From assembly GCA_964426185.1 (NCBI GenBank), contig CAYRPF010000017.1, positions 14,387-46,386 on the forward strand: a DNA stretch of 32,000 nucleotides, written 5' to 3'. Below are positions 19,801 to 29,098 of this stretch, piece by piece; within the stretch, counting starts at the first letter, position 1; the number at the start of each line of letters is the position of its first letter. This DNA comes from an uncultured archaeon (GTDB taxonomy: Archaea; Asgardarchaeota; Lokiarchaeia; Sigyniarchaeales; Promethearchaeaceae). A model generated the notes under the pieces. It saw nothing but the letters and a program-made list of their open reading frames with translations. It made no database searches and was not told the origin of the DNA. The translations under genes and the position numbers were made by a program.

Positions 19801-22800
19801 TTCCAAAAAAAAGATGATAATTCTCCTGTTCTCAGCAGTTTTTCAAGAATAAAAATGAAAACAGCTAACTATAAATCGATAAAACATTGGATTATCCCAA
19901 AATTGTCTTTTAATTTTCCACAAGATGCATTGAATATGGAATTATCCTATAAAATCTCCCAAGTAATTTTATTGGGGGGGGTTGTTACTGCTGTGAATCA
20001 CTTTTGGAACAAAATTTTTGTTCTAATCTTTAACCAAGGGCAGATCTCTTTAGCATTCCAAATAATACTGTGGTTCCTAAGCTTTATGGTTTTTATTACA
20101 TTTGGATGGCTCTATATTTTAAATAATTTTGACAAAAATAACCTCACTCTTCAATTTAAATTAAATTTTCTCAAAAATAAAGCATTGATTCGTGCAATAT
20201 CTATCTATCTATGTAGTGTTTCTCTTTTTTTCCATTTATGGCCAATTCTCAACCTTTCTGAATATATTGGTACTCTGAAATTTGACAGATTGTTCCTTGA
20301 TTTGTTGATTGTCAATCTTTTTCTTTTAGTAAGTAAGAAATCACTTCATATTGCACAAAAAATCTTCCAATACTTTAAATTATCAGCTACGCTTCTCTTT
20401 TCTTGCTATATTTTTGAAGTTCTGAGAATTTTCACCCAAATACCGTTGTTTTTAAATGTGGCATTAGTTTTTTTTGTATTTGCAGTGTTAAATATTCAGA
20501 ACATCACAAATATTCTGCATGTATATCTATTTTGGGCATTCTTTACTAATCTTATCAGTTCTTTGGTCTATCTGTTTATTTCTACCTTCATTATCCACTT
20601 AGAATCTTTGTTTAATATAATTATAACCAATTTGTTCATATTTGGAATAGTTTTCACCTTTATCACAGGTTTGATCACAGAAATTGAAATCCACAATCGG
20701 GATAAAATAGCACTCTCTTTGAGAGAAAGTTCAATGGCTTTTAGAATAAAGAAATCTATTCCACAAATCCTTTCAATAGGTTCAAAGGATGAATCTCAAC
20801 GTAAAGCTGCATACGTTATCTGGTTAAGTCTATTTTCGATTATTTTTACAATATTCTTGAGCAGAATTGCTTATTTTGTAATTTGGAATGAATTTGTATG
20901 GAAGGATAATTCACAAGTATTTAGAATAATTTTACTGGCTATTACAATACCCTTATTATTTAATTTATACAGTTTTATTGTAAGAGGATATATAAATAAA
21001 ACTGGATTCAAATGGAATTGGTTATCATTCCTTAATCAAATCGATTCTTTCTGGAATTATATAACAACGGTAAATCTTTCATTGTGGATCTTTGTGATTT
21101 GCTGGAATCAATTCGATATAATTTCTTTTATTAGAGATAGCGCAACCCTCTATCCCCTTCTAGGGAATTTTCTACTATCAATTGGAATTTTGTATATATC
21201 TTTTTATAACAAGAGAATTCCGAGTTATGGAAAAAAATACTTGAGATACTTCTGGAAAATTTGCTTCACAGTATTCATAGAAGAGTGTTTGCGGTATTTC
21301 TTTAATTTTAACTATGGTTTAATTTTAAGTGTTCCAGTGCTTATTTTTACATATATTTTTATCAATGAAGCAAATTCACAAATAAGTTCAGGAATTTTGT
21401 GGAGCACTCGGCAATTATCCGTATTTGGAATAATAATTTCTTTCATATTTTACATTTTTGAAGATAAAGATCTGCTTTCTCAAATATTTTTGGCAACTTT
21501 CATATTTAGTGTCATATTTTCGGTAGTATTATTAATTAGAGATAAAGAATTGATTGAAGTCGATTTCGAACCTGAATCCGATCAGAATAGAGAAATTTTA
21601 AAGAGATCAAATAAAAGTGAAAATGTTGCCAAAGAAAATATTCCTTATTCCAAAAAAATCTTTGATTCTCTCCGATCTTTCCAATTAATTACCGCCGTTT
21701 GGATTTTACTCTTTCCCGTCTGTTTCTTTGGAATAATTTTACTGAGTATTTATAGGTTTTTGAACCCACCTTTCTATACAGACTTTCCAGCTATTTTTTC
21801 AACCATAAGCATTGTCATCATTTCATTCACTACAGTTTACATTTACTCCATCTTCTTGATTGTATTTGGAAAATACGTCAATAAGCACAAACTTTCTGAA
21901 TTAATGGGGAAAAACAAGTGTATCTCTCAGAATTTGCTTAGGATTCTATCTCTTGTGGTATATACAGCATTCACTGCCGTAGAAACGGCATTCTTGATGT
22001 TATTTTTTTACTCACTTCCCCTTGTAGAGCAAATTGGGTTTGTTTCTTTGTTACTCTCCATTAGCTTAATCTTAGTATTAAAAATTGGAGAATTAAAAAT
22101 CAATAAAATACTAGATGTTAGAAAGGTAGAATTGTCGATTTTTATGTTATTTTTGATAGTAGGGGCTTCTGGAGCAACTTTATTGATATATACTACCGAT
22201 CAGTGGAATATAATTGGTGTTTTATTCATATATTTGGCTATTTTGAAAAGATCTCGATATGTTCCCAAACGATGGTATATTTATCTCTATCGAGCCAGCA
22301 TTTTGGGGATCTATTTGACTGTGTTAATTCAAGTGGGAATGTTGCTTTGGAGCGTGTTAAACCCTTATATTTCCATTTTAATTATCATGGGATTGCTCCA
22401 TTTGGTGGTGGAGTTCGAAGTTTGGAGAAATTTCTTAGAAATTGACCACAAACGATTACTCACCAAACAAATTTCTTGGATATTGTTCAATTTAACCAGT
22501 ATTACTTGTGGATTGATCCTAATCATCCCTGTAATTACCACATATTATATTTTTACTCTATTCCTAATTGTTATAGCTGAGCTCTTCTATACATTATTCC
22601 TATTCTTTGATCCCGCCACGAATCTTTATAAAATTATCAAAAGTATTTTAGTTTATGCTACTTACTTAATTATTTTGGTGTTAACGTGCAATATATTAGT
22701 GATTTTAAACCTTAAGACACTCTCTGGTTATTTTGATTCTTTGATATTAACCCGAATGGTATTGGTAACAGAAATATTGTTAGTTATTTATCTAATTATC

Positions 22801-23724
22801 ATGATAGATAAAAGAATAGTCCATGAAATTAATCAAAGATTCATCTCCCGTGCAGAATTGACTTCATTTATTGTATTTATCATTTCCTGTGCAAGTAATT
22901 TGGGTTATCTTATTTATTTAATTATCCCTGCTCCCACACCTGCTCCCACACCTACACAAATAAATTATCAATTAATTAGCACAATCGCTATAATTGCCTT
23001 TTTGGTAACACTCTTTGTTTCAGTAACGCTCTATTATAAACTAAAAAACCGAATAATCAATCAAATTCTCTATTTTATGATGATTATTGAAGCATTCTTT
23101 TTCTTAGTTGGTCAAAATTTGATAATTCTTGCGATAGCGATCACATGTCTGGCGTTTTTGATGTATCCAGTAATTTTCTTTTTGGATAAATTTCTCGAGT
23201 TTATCAAGCATTTTGCTCACTACCTTGCAACAACATTCCGTTGGCTCGTGGAAAAGATTAGTATGATTTTCTTTTCCATTGTAGAATGGGTAAAACTTCA
23301 TTTGAAGTTGGTACTCACCGTTATTGGTGGAGGATGCGGAATAGGCATGTATTTCTTACTTTATGATGTGTTTATTTCGGGATTGGTCTTTTTAGCAGTA
23401 TATTTCTGGGTTTCGCCAGAGAGAGAAAAAGAAACTAGCCAAACAAATTTTGGGAAGAAATTGTTGTATCGACTATTAATTTTCATTTGCCTTTTTGGCA
23501 CAATGTTTACAAACAAAATTATTCCATTACAAGCTTGGATCTTTACGCTAATTTTACTAGCCTTTTTCGGATATGTAATATGGGCTGTCCGAAAATCGGA
23601 GGAGATTTATAATTTATCTATGCATTGGCGATTGTGGAGCTCAGTTCTGGCCATTGTGGACTTTCTCCTAACGATCTACTTCATATTACAGGAATTTTAT
23701 ATTTTAAGAATCGTGAAGACTTAA
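10859..23724 (+). CDS. Giant polytopic membrane protein of unknown function (~4,290 aa). The frame is open from 10843, and ATG 10859 is out of frame across an A14 tract (track start is TTG 11068).
   Basis: A 12.9-kb stop-free frame in AT-rich DNA. Continuous alternation of ~20-aa hydrophobic segments and short K/R-rich loops. The in-frame sequence upstream of 11068 is also hydrophobic (ILSGIAFGLIYIFAIPSIFGILTAGITAIF...YGIGFFILAILFAL). Confidence 0.88.
10868..10881 (+). repeat. A14 homopolymer at the 5' end of the giant membrane protein gene
   Basis: ATGCTAGAG-A14-GAGAATGAAAAATTAAGT, counted from the sequence. Confidence 0.85.
22927..22956 (+). repeat. In-frame 12-bp tandem duplication (CCTGCTCCCACA x2 + CCTACA) encoding PAPTPAPTPT
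   Basis: Read directly from the sequence; lies in a loop of the giant protein. Confidence 0.8.
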
Positions 23725-23826
23725 ACCGCAGCTAATTTAAATGTAATCAAACTTGATCAAGAAAAAATAATCAGTCACTCCAAAAGGATTAGATTTTTAC
23801 CATATGGATTTTTTCTTTTCTCGATT

Positions 23827-24882
23827 ATGAGTAATATCTTTGATCATTTTGAGCAAAAAAAAGTTCAAGAAGTTAAGGGAAGTTTCTATTTGTATCTCCC
23901 AAAGAAATGGTGTAAGAAATATGGAGTATCAGAAGATAAAAGAGTATTTATGAAGCATTTAGCTGATGATTCTTTGCTCATTCGTTCGAATATGACTGCT
24001 CCTGAATTGATGACAACTTACACCATTGATTTGGATTTAAACATTGATGATGGTTTAGAATTAGAAGAAGAGCAATTTATAGAATATCTTTTCAATCTTT
24101 ATCTGACTGCTTATATTATTGGATACCGCACAATAATAATCAGAAAAAAGGAAAAAATACCCACAAAAATTAAAAATCGAATTCATAAACTAACTCAAAA
24201 ATTATATGGAATGGTTGTTATCTCAGAGACTCGCAATGAAATTGTGGTAGAAGAACACTTCGATGAAGTGAATCTTACTGTTCTCAGCAAGCAGGTATTG
24301 AATAAGGTAGGATTATTGTTAAATAGTTTTATCGAACTCATAGAAGATTATGAAAATATGGATAATTTAATTGAAGAATTAGAGCAACTTGAAGAACAAG
24401 ACAATCAAATTGACGAACACCGCTATGCAATTGAACGTTATGTACACCAAATTCTTAATTTTCCCAGTTTAGGACAAAATATTAATGTCACTTCTGTGGG
24501 ATGCCTGCACTATTCAGAATCTGCCCGACTAATTGAACGGATTGGAGATCATATTACTAAATTAGTAAGGATAACAAAAAATCAACCCATGAAAGATCGT
24601 AAATTCGTGTTAAAACATTTATATCGCGTTCGAGAAACATTTCACACACTGCAGGATTATTTCTGGAGAAAGAACTCATTAGAACTCTGGTTATTAACTC
24701 AAAAAATTAAAAAATATGCTGATGAAGTGAAAAAAATTATATATGAAGATCATCCCGATACCGAATACCTAATTCCCATTCGCAGAATTAGTAACATATG
24801 TGGAGATATCGCTGAAATTCGGATAAATGATATATTAACTAAACAGCAAGAAGATGAAGTAATTCTTAAAGATTCGGGATAA
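23827..24882 (+). CDS. phoU: Archaeal phosphate uptake regulator PhoU family (N-terminal AbrB/SpoVT domain plus PhoU domains)
   Basis: KKVQEVKGSFYLYLPKKW (AbrB-like), AYIIGY, EQDNQID, IERIGDH and RRISNICGDIAE. Confidence 0.85.
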   Translation: MSNIFDHFEQKKVQEVKGSFYLYLPKKWCKKYGVSEDKRVFMKHLADDSLLIRSNMTAPELMTTYTIDLDLNIDDGLELEEEQFIEYLFNLYLTAYIIGYRTIIIRKKEKIPTKIKNRIHKLTQKLYGMVVISETRNEIVVEEHFDEVNLTVLSKQVLNKVGLLLNSFIELIEDYENMDNLIEELEQLEEQDNQIDEHRYAIERYVHQILNFPSLGQNINVTSVGCLHYSESARLIERIGDHITKLVRITKNQPMKDRKFVLKHLYRVRETFHTLQDYFWRKNSLELWLLTQKIKKYADEVKKIIYEDHPDTEYLIPIRRISNICGDIAEIRINDILTKQQEDEVILKDSG

Positions 24883-24897
24883 ATGCATTTATTGTGC

Positions 24898-25752
24898 TTA
24901 TTTCTTAGGAATTATGGGTTGAAAATCACCTTTTGGACCACGCCACCGAAATTTTCCTTGAGTAAATCTACTGATTTGAATTGCTACCACAGGACATTGA
25001 TGAATGCACCGAAGACATACCACACAATCCGTTCCAAAGGTAATCCTATTTTTCTCTTCATCCATTTTAATATTATTCATCGGACACTGACTTATGCATG
25101 AATTACAGTGCGTACAGTTATCATCAACCCAAAAACGTTTTTTGATAAAATTTTCCATCACATGATATAACCCACGAAATGACCATCCCAATAAAGTATC
25201 TAGCAAATATTTTGGAGGTGGTACTGCCAAAGAAGTAAAAGAATTTTTCGATTGGAATGTTTGAATGAGCGAAGAGAAATTGTCAAAATGAACATCGAAT
25301 TCTGAGAAGTGGGAATAATCTCGCTTAAGTGCATTTCTCACATAACCCGATTTCTCTGTCAACATTGCTAATCCATCAGTTCCAGGCATTTTGACAGCAA
25401 AACTTCCCAAATGAGTGATATTTAATGGTTTAAATAGTGAATAAAGCCGTTCAAAGGCATTTCCAGCCACAATTCCCATCGTGCAGAAAAAAATGATTCC
25501 TTTTTTACTCAAATCAGGCAGTTCGTTAACAAATGCGCGTACATTAGAAGGTGCATCCAAGGCATAAATAGGAAATCCAAAATAGATCAGATCATAATTC
25601 ACTATATTCGTAGGATTAAAGGATTCCAATGAATAACGATCGATAGAAATATTATTGGAAGAAATCTGCAATTTTTCATGAATATATCGGCTCACATATT
25701 CGGTATTTCCAGTTCCGCTAAAAAATAGGATTAAGACATTCATGTTAAGCAC
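24898..25752 (-). CDS. EFR1 family flavodoxin-ferredoxin fusion (likely start ATG 25743)
   Basis: FFSGTGNT flavodoxin loop, GFPIYA, C-terminal CTHCNSCISQCP and CVVCLRCIHQCP. Confidence 0.9.
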   Translation of the reverse strand: MLNMNVLILFFSGTGNTEYVSRYIHEKLQISSNNISIDRYSLESFNPTNIVNYDLIYFGFPIYALDAPSNVRAFVNELPDLSKKGIIFFCTMGIVAGNAFERLYSLFKPLNITHLGSFAVKMPGTDGLAMLTEKSGYVRNALKRDYSHFSEFDVHFDNFSSLIQTFQSKNSFTSLAVPPPKYLLDTLLGWSFRGLYHVMENFIKKRFWVDDNCTHCNSCISQCPMNNIKMDEEKNRITFGTDCVVCLRCIHQCPVVAIQISRFTQGKFRWRGPKGDFQPIIPKK

Positions 25753-25943
25753 TTTTGTTAACGATAGATGCTATAATTCATAAATTTTTTGAAAAAAAAA
25801 CAATGTAAAAGAAAAGTTCTGAAAATTTCTGAAACATTATATTTTAAAAAAATCACTTCTTATCAGTATTTTCTTCTTTTCGGGGGGATTCTCGAAGGAA
25901 TACAAACCAAGATGGCAGGAAGTCCTTGATTATATGAAAAAAA

Positions 25944-26699
25944 TCATGCGAGGGTTTGAATGATTAAAATCGCGGAAACGAACAAAAGCACTCCACCAAA
26001 AACGGGTTTAATCCTTTTAGCATCCAATTTAAGAGCCATCACTCGCGAGCCTAATTGACTGCCAATCAACACTCCAATGCTGCATAATAACCATAATAGC
26101 CAATCTGGCTGAGCAGCAATAAGTATGTGCGATATAAAACTTGAGAGCCCAGAGCATGATACAATAAAAGCGGAAGTTGCGGCTGCAATTTTAGGTGCCA
26201 AGCCTGCGAAATATAACAGAGGAACCACAAAACTTCCTCCACCGCGCCCTAACAGACCAGCAAAAAGCCCTAATAAAATACCTCCGACTAATCCTAAGAT
26301 TATTTTTTGCTTTGAATTGAAATCTCCACTTTTCGGCTTCCATCCACTTAACATTAGAATGGCAGCAGTGGCAGTGAACAGTGCAAATACAATAATTAAG
26401 GGTTTTTCCGGTAAATTAACATTAACTAACGCACCAATTGGAGCGAAGGTAACCATCATAATTCCAAACGGGAATGCGACTTTCCAATCGATCATTTTCT
26501 TTCGGGCGTAGGTAACTGCCGCAGAGGTGCTATTCACCAGATTCAACAACATGCCTAAAGGTATTGCTTCAAGTTTAAAATCCATACCCATCCAAAAAAG
26601 AATAGGAATGTAGATTTGGGAACCACCCATCCCTAACATCGAAAATATGAAGGCAATCACCAAGAACATCAATGGTGTAAGGTAAAGCCAGTTCATCAA
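25944..26699 (-). CDS. Sulfite exporter TauE/SafE family membrane protein
   Basis: SMLGMGGSQIYIP and GLLGRGGGSFVVP repeats, AAATS motif, about 8 hydrophobic helices. Confidence 0.9.
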   Translation of the reverse strand: MMNWLYLTPLMFLVIAFIFSMLGMGGSQIYIPILFWMGMDFKLEAIPLGMLLNLVNSTSAAVTYARKKMIDWKVAFPFGIMMVTFAPIGALVNVNLPEKPLIIVFALFTATAAILMLSGWKPKSGDFNSKQKIILGLVGGILLGLFAGLLGRGGGSFVVPLLYFAGLAPKIAAATSAFIVSCSGLSSFISHILIAAQPDWLLWLLCSIGVLIGSQLGSRVMALKLDAKRIKPVFGGVLLFVSAILIIQTLA

Positions 26700-26793
26700 T
26701 TAATCATCTCGTGTAATTTCTAAGTATTTTTTTCTCTATCATCATAAAGTATCGAATAAGTTATAAATTAATAAAGAAATAAAAAAAGGATTA

Positions 26794-27417
26794 TTAATTT
26801 TCTAAAATACTTAAGGATCTGCGATGTCCAAGGTGCCCTATTGTCATTTCAGAACAACCAGCACAAAGAAATTGGTCATTGATATAATACCCATACTCAG
26901 CTACTGTCAATTCATTACATTTTTCGCATAACCGCTTATCCCATTTGTGAGAAGGCACATCAACTTTAATATTATCAATCATCTCAATATTAAATTGCTT
27001 TTCCACAGGCATTGAAAGTATGTTTTCAATAAGTGGATCCACAATTTCAGGGGTAATGTGGTGGGGTGGGATTCCTTTTTGCCTTTTCTTCATAAATTCA
27101 GATTGAAAAGCCTTTTGCAACCACGAACCAAAGGGGGTAATTTTTACTCCTCTTTTCTGTTTTTGATCAATCAAAGTAACTGAAAATTTCCCTTTCATCG
27201 AGCGTACTATATTCCCTTTTCCAAAAGTGCACCCAGTAATCACTTGGATACCATCACCCATGCAGCCAGCGCAGTGATGCTCTCCCAAATCAACTATAGC
27301 AAATAACTCTCCGGCATGTGCATGTTCAACTTCCAATGCATTCATAGCCACACTGGCGATTTTTAATCCTAACGGCATTGCAGGAAATTTATGTCGCTTA
27401 GTTTCATAGCATCCCAA
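26794..27417 (-). CDS. FmdE/FwdE family protein with a C-terminal zinc finger; N-terminal motif degenerate (possible pseudogene)
   Basis: PAMPLG, CMGDGIQVITGCTFGKGN and CEKC...CAGC. The family HGHxCP motif reads KRHKFP here. Confidence 0.82.
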   Translation of the reverse strand: MGCYETKRHKFPAMPLGLKIASVAMNALEVEHAHAGELFAIVDLGEHHCAGCMGDGIQVITGCTFGKGNIVRSMKGKFSVTLIDQKQKRGVKITPFGSWLQKAFQSEFMKKRQKGIPPHHITPEIVDPLIENILSMPVEKQFNIEMIDNIKVDVPSHKWDKRLCEKCNELTVAEYGYYINDQFLCAGCSEMTIGHLGHRRSLSILEN

Positions 27418-27928
27418 ATCTCATCGTGTTATTCCCAAAGTCCGAAATTATGTCTTGCTATGTCATAGTCAACAAATCACTATGCTTTAGTCGTTAGTAA
27501 CATTAGCCACTAATCATGTTAAAATATTGGGAAGTCGCTGGTAAATTTCAAGTATTAGCGTTACTGACCAAGGGAAAGAATTAAGAGGGGGGGTGAAATG
27601 AAAAATATCTCTTCTAATAATTTTTTTGTTTAATTATTAGAAGTAATATACACACACTTGTTCCTAATAATAATGTTAACTTGTAAATCTGATTGAGACA
27701 CTCCAGATTTTTCTGAGAATTGATCCATTAATGATATGGTTTGTGACCAAGGTACTTTACCAATTTTCCGAGATTGGAAAGATTAGCCAGAGAAAGAAGA
27801 AAGCAGTTCATCGGAAAAAGGTTCGATAGGATTCGCCCATAATTTTGGTTCTAATGTATCTTGGATCCTAATTGTGTTTCTTGTCTCATTATTTTTGTAG
27901 AATTTTCATTAATTCTGTGGAATTACAC

Positions 27929-27938
27929 GGGGGGGGGG
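27929..27938. repeat. G10/C10 homopolymer just downstream of the methyltransferase stop
   Basis: Ten consecutive G residues in AT-rich DNA. Confidence 0.7.
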
Positions 27939-27945
27939 AAGTATC

Positions 27946-29094
27946 TTAATTTTTTTGAAAAACCAAGCAATAATGATGATGAACATTACTTACATAGGTT
28001 GAGGGATAACCCCAAATTCCCAAAAACTTTTGATCTTGGCACCAGATAAACTCTTGGCGAAGTAAATAATCCTCTTTCAATTGTGCTGCAATATCCCAAG
28101 CCAAGGGAACCATGATGCCATCTTTCGGTCTAACATTTTGAATAATAACCATAACATAAGCCTTTGGTTTAAGTATCAAGCGAAAGCTGGAAAAAATTTC
28201 CTTAATTTGACCAAGATATTTATTATACTCATTAATATTACCTAAATCGCCATCCAGATCGCTGTATACTTCATCTAAACCCGCTTCAACTCGACGTTTT
28301 AAAACAGATTTTACCCCTCCGCGTTTAGTATGAAGAATATTCCAATAGGGAGGAGATGTTATAAGGAAATCTATCGCAGGAATTTTTGAATCCTTCCAAA
28401 TTTTTACGGCGGTTCTGGCATCTCCATGGAAAATTTTAAATTTGTCAAATTCATTAGAATGAAGAGTTTGAAAAGAAAGTGAACCAGGAGATAATGAATC
28501 AGAATTTGCACTATTATTCATAGAAGTTTTTGATTGCAGCTGAATTATTCTTTCTTGAGCATATTGAGCATAATCTAGGTTGATTTCAGTTCCAAAGCAA
28601 TTTCTCTGAGTTAAAAAGCATGCTTCGGCGGTACTTCCGATTCCCATAAATGGATCAAAAACCCATTGCCCTTTTTTGCTAAAATACTCAATAAAGTATG
28701 CAGCCAATGATGGGGGAAAGCTGGCAGGGTGGTTCTTAATTTCGGGTGAAATTTCGCCTGGTTTTCCATCCACAATCAACCAACTTTTTGTATGCCGAAG
28801 CCATTGTTTTCCGGTTAAATCGTTCAAAATATTTTTGGGATGACATTTTCCCTCAGTGGAGCATAAACTTTCGAGCATTTTTAAGTTGTTGGCGATTCTT
28901 CGGAATTTTTTAGCAGCGGAGGATAAATCCAGTTGAGAAAAATCTTTACAACCCGATTCTAAACTTTCTTGTAATTCTGGAATCTGTTGCTGGAGAAAAT
29001 CAAGAGAATTAGGTCTTAAGTTATGCGATTCTAAACTCTTTTCATCGATCTTGGGCAAAAAGAAGCAATTTTTCCTTGAATTTGTCATCATCAT
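27946..29094 (-). CDS. Orphan N4-cytosine/N6-adenine DNA methyltransferase family protein (SAM motif before the catalytic SPPY)
   Basis: HPASFP, VFDPFMGIGST (motif I), GTEIN, GDAR, ITSPPYW (motif IV). No restriction endonuclease gene adjacent. Confidence 0.88.
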   Translation of the reverse strand: MMMTNSRKNCFFLPKIDEKSLESHNLRPNSLDFLQQQIPELQESLESGCKDFSQLDLSSAAKKFRRIANNLKMLESLCSTEGKCHPKNILNDLTGKQWLRHTKSWLIVDGKPGEISPEIKNHPASFPPSLAAYFIEYFSKKGQWVFDPFMGIGSTAEACFLTQRNCFGTEINLDYAQYAQERIIQLQSKTSMNNSANSDSLSPGSLSFQTLHSNEFDKFKIFHGDARTAVKIWKDSKIPAIDFLITSPPYWNILHTKRGGVKSVLKRRVEAGLDEVYSDLDGDLGNINEYNKYLGQIKEIFSSFRLILKPKAYVMVIIQNVRPKDGIMVPLAWDIAAQLKEDYLLRQEFIWCQDQKFLGIWGYPSTYVSNVHHHYCLVFQKN

Positions 29095-29098
29095 TTCC

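Noticed and set aside
10949-23301. Short alternative-frame and antisense ORFs overlapping the giant gene
   Set aside because: Expected by-products of a long Ile/Phe/Leu-rich frame, with no independent signals.
27385-27423. FmdE as a selenoprotein
   Set aside because: The motif codon is TTT, not TGA. The upstream in-frame TGA is not at a conserved Cys position and is preceded by a TAA with no ATG in between.
27946-29094. Restriction-modification or defence island
   Set aside because: No endonuclease, specificity subunit or other defence gene is adjacent.
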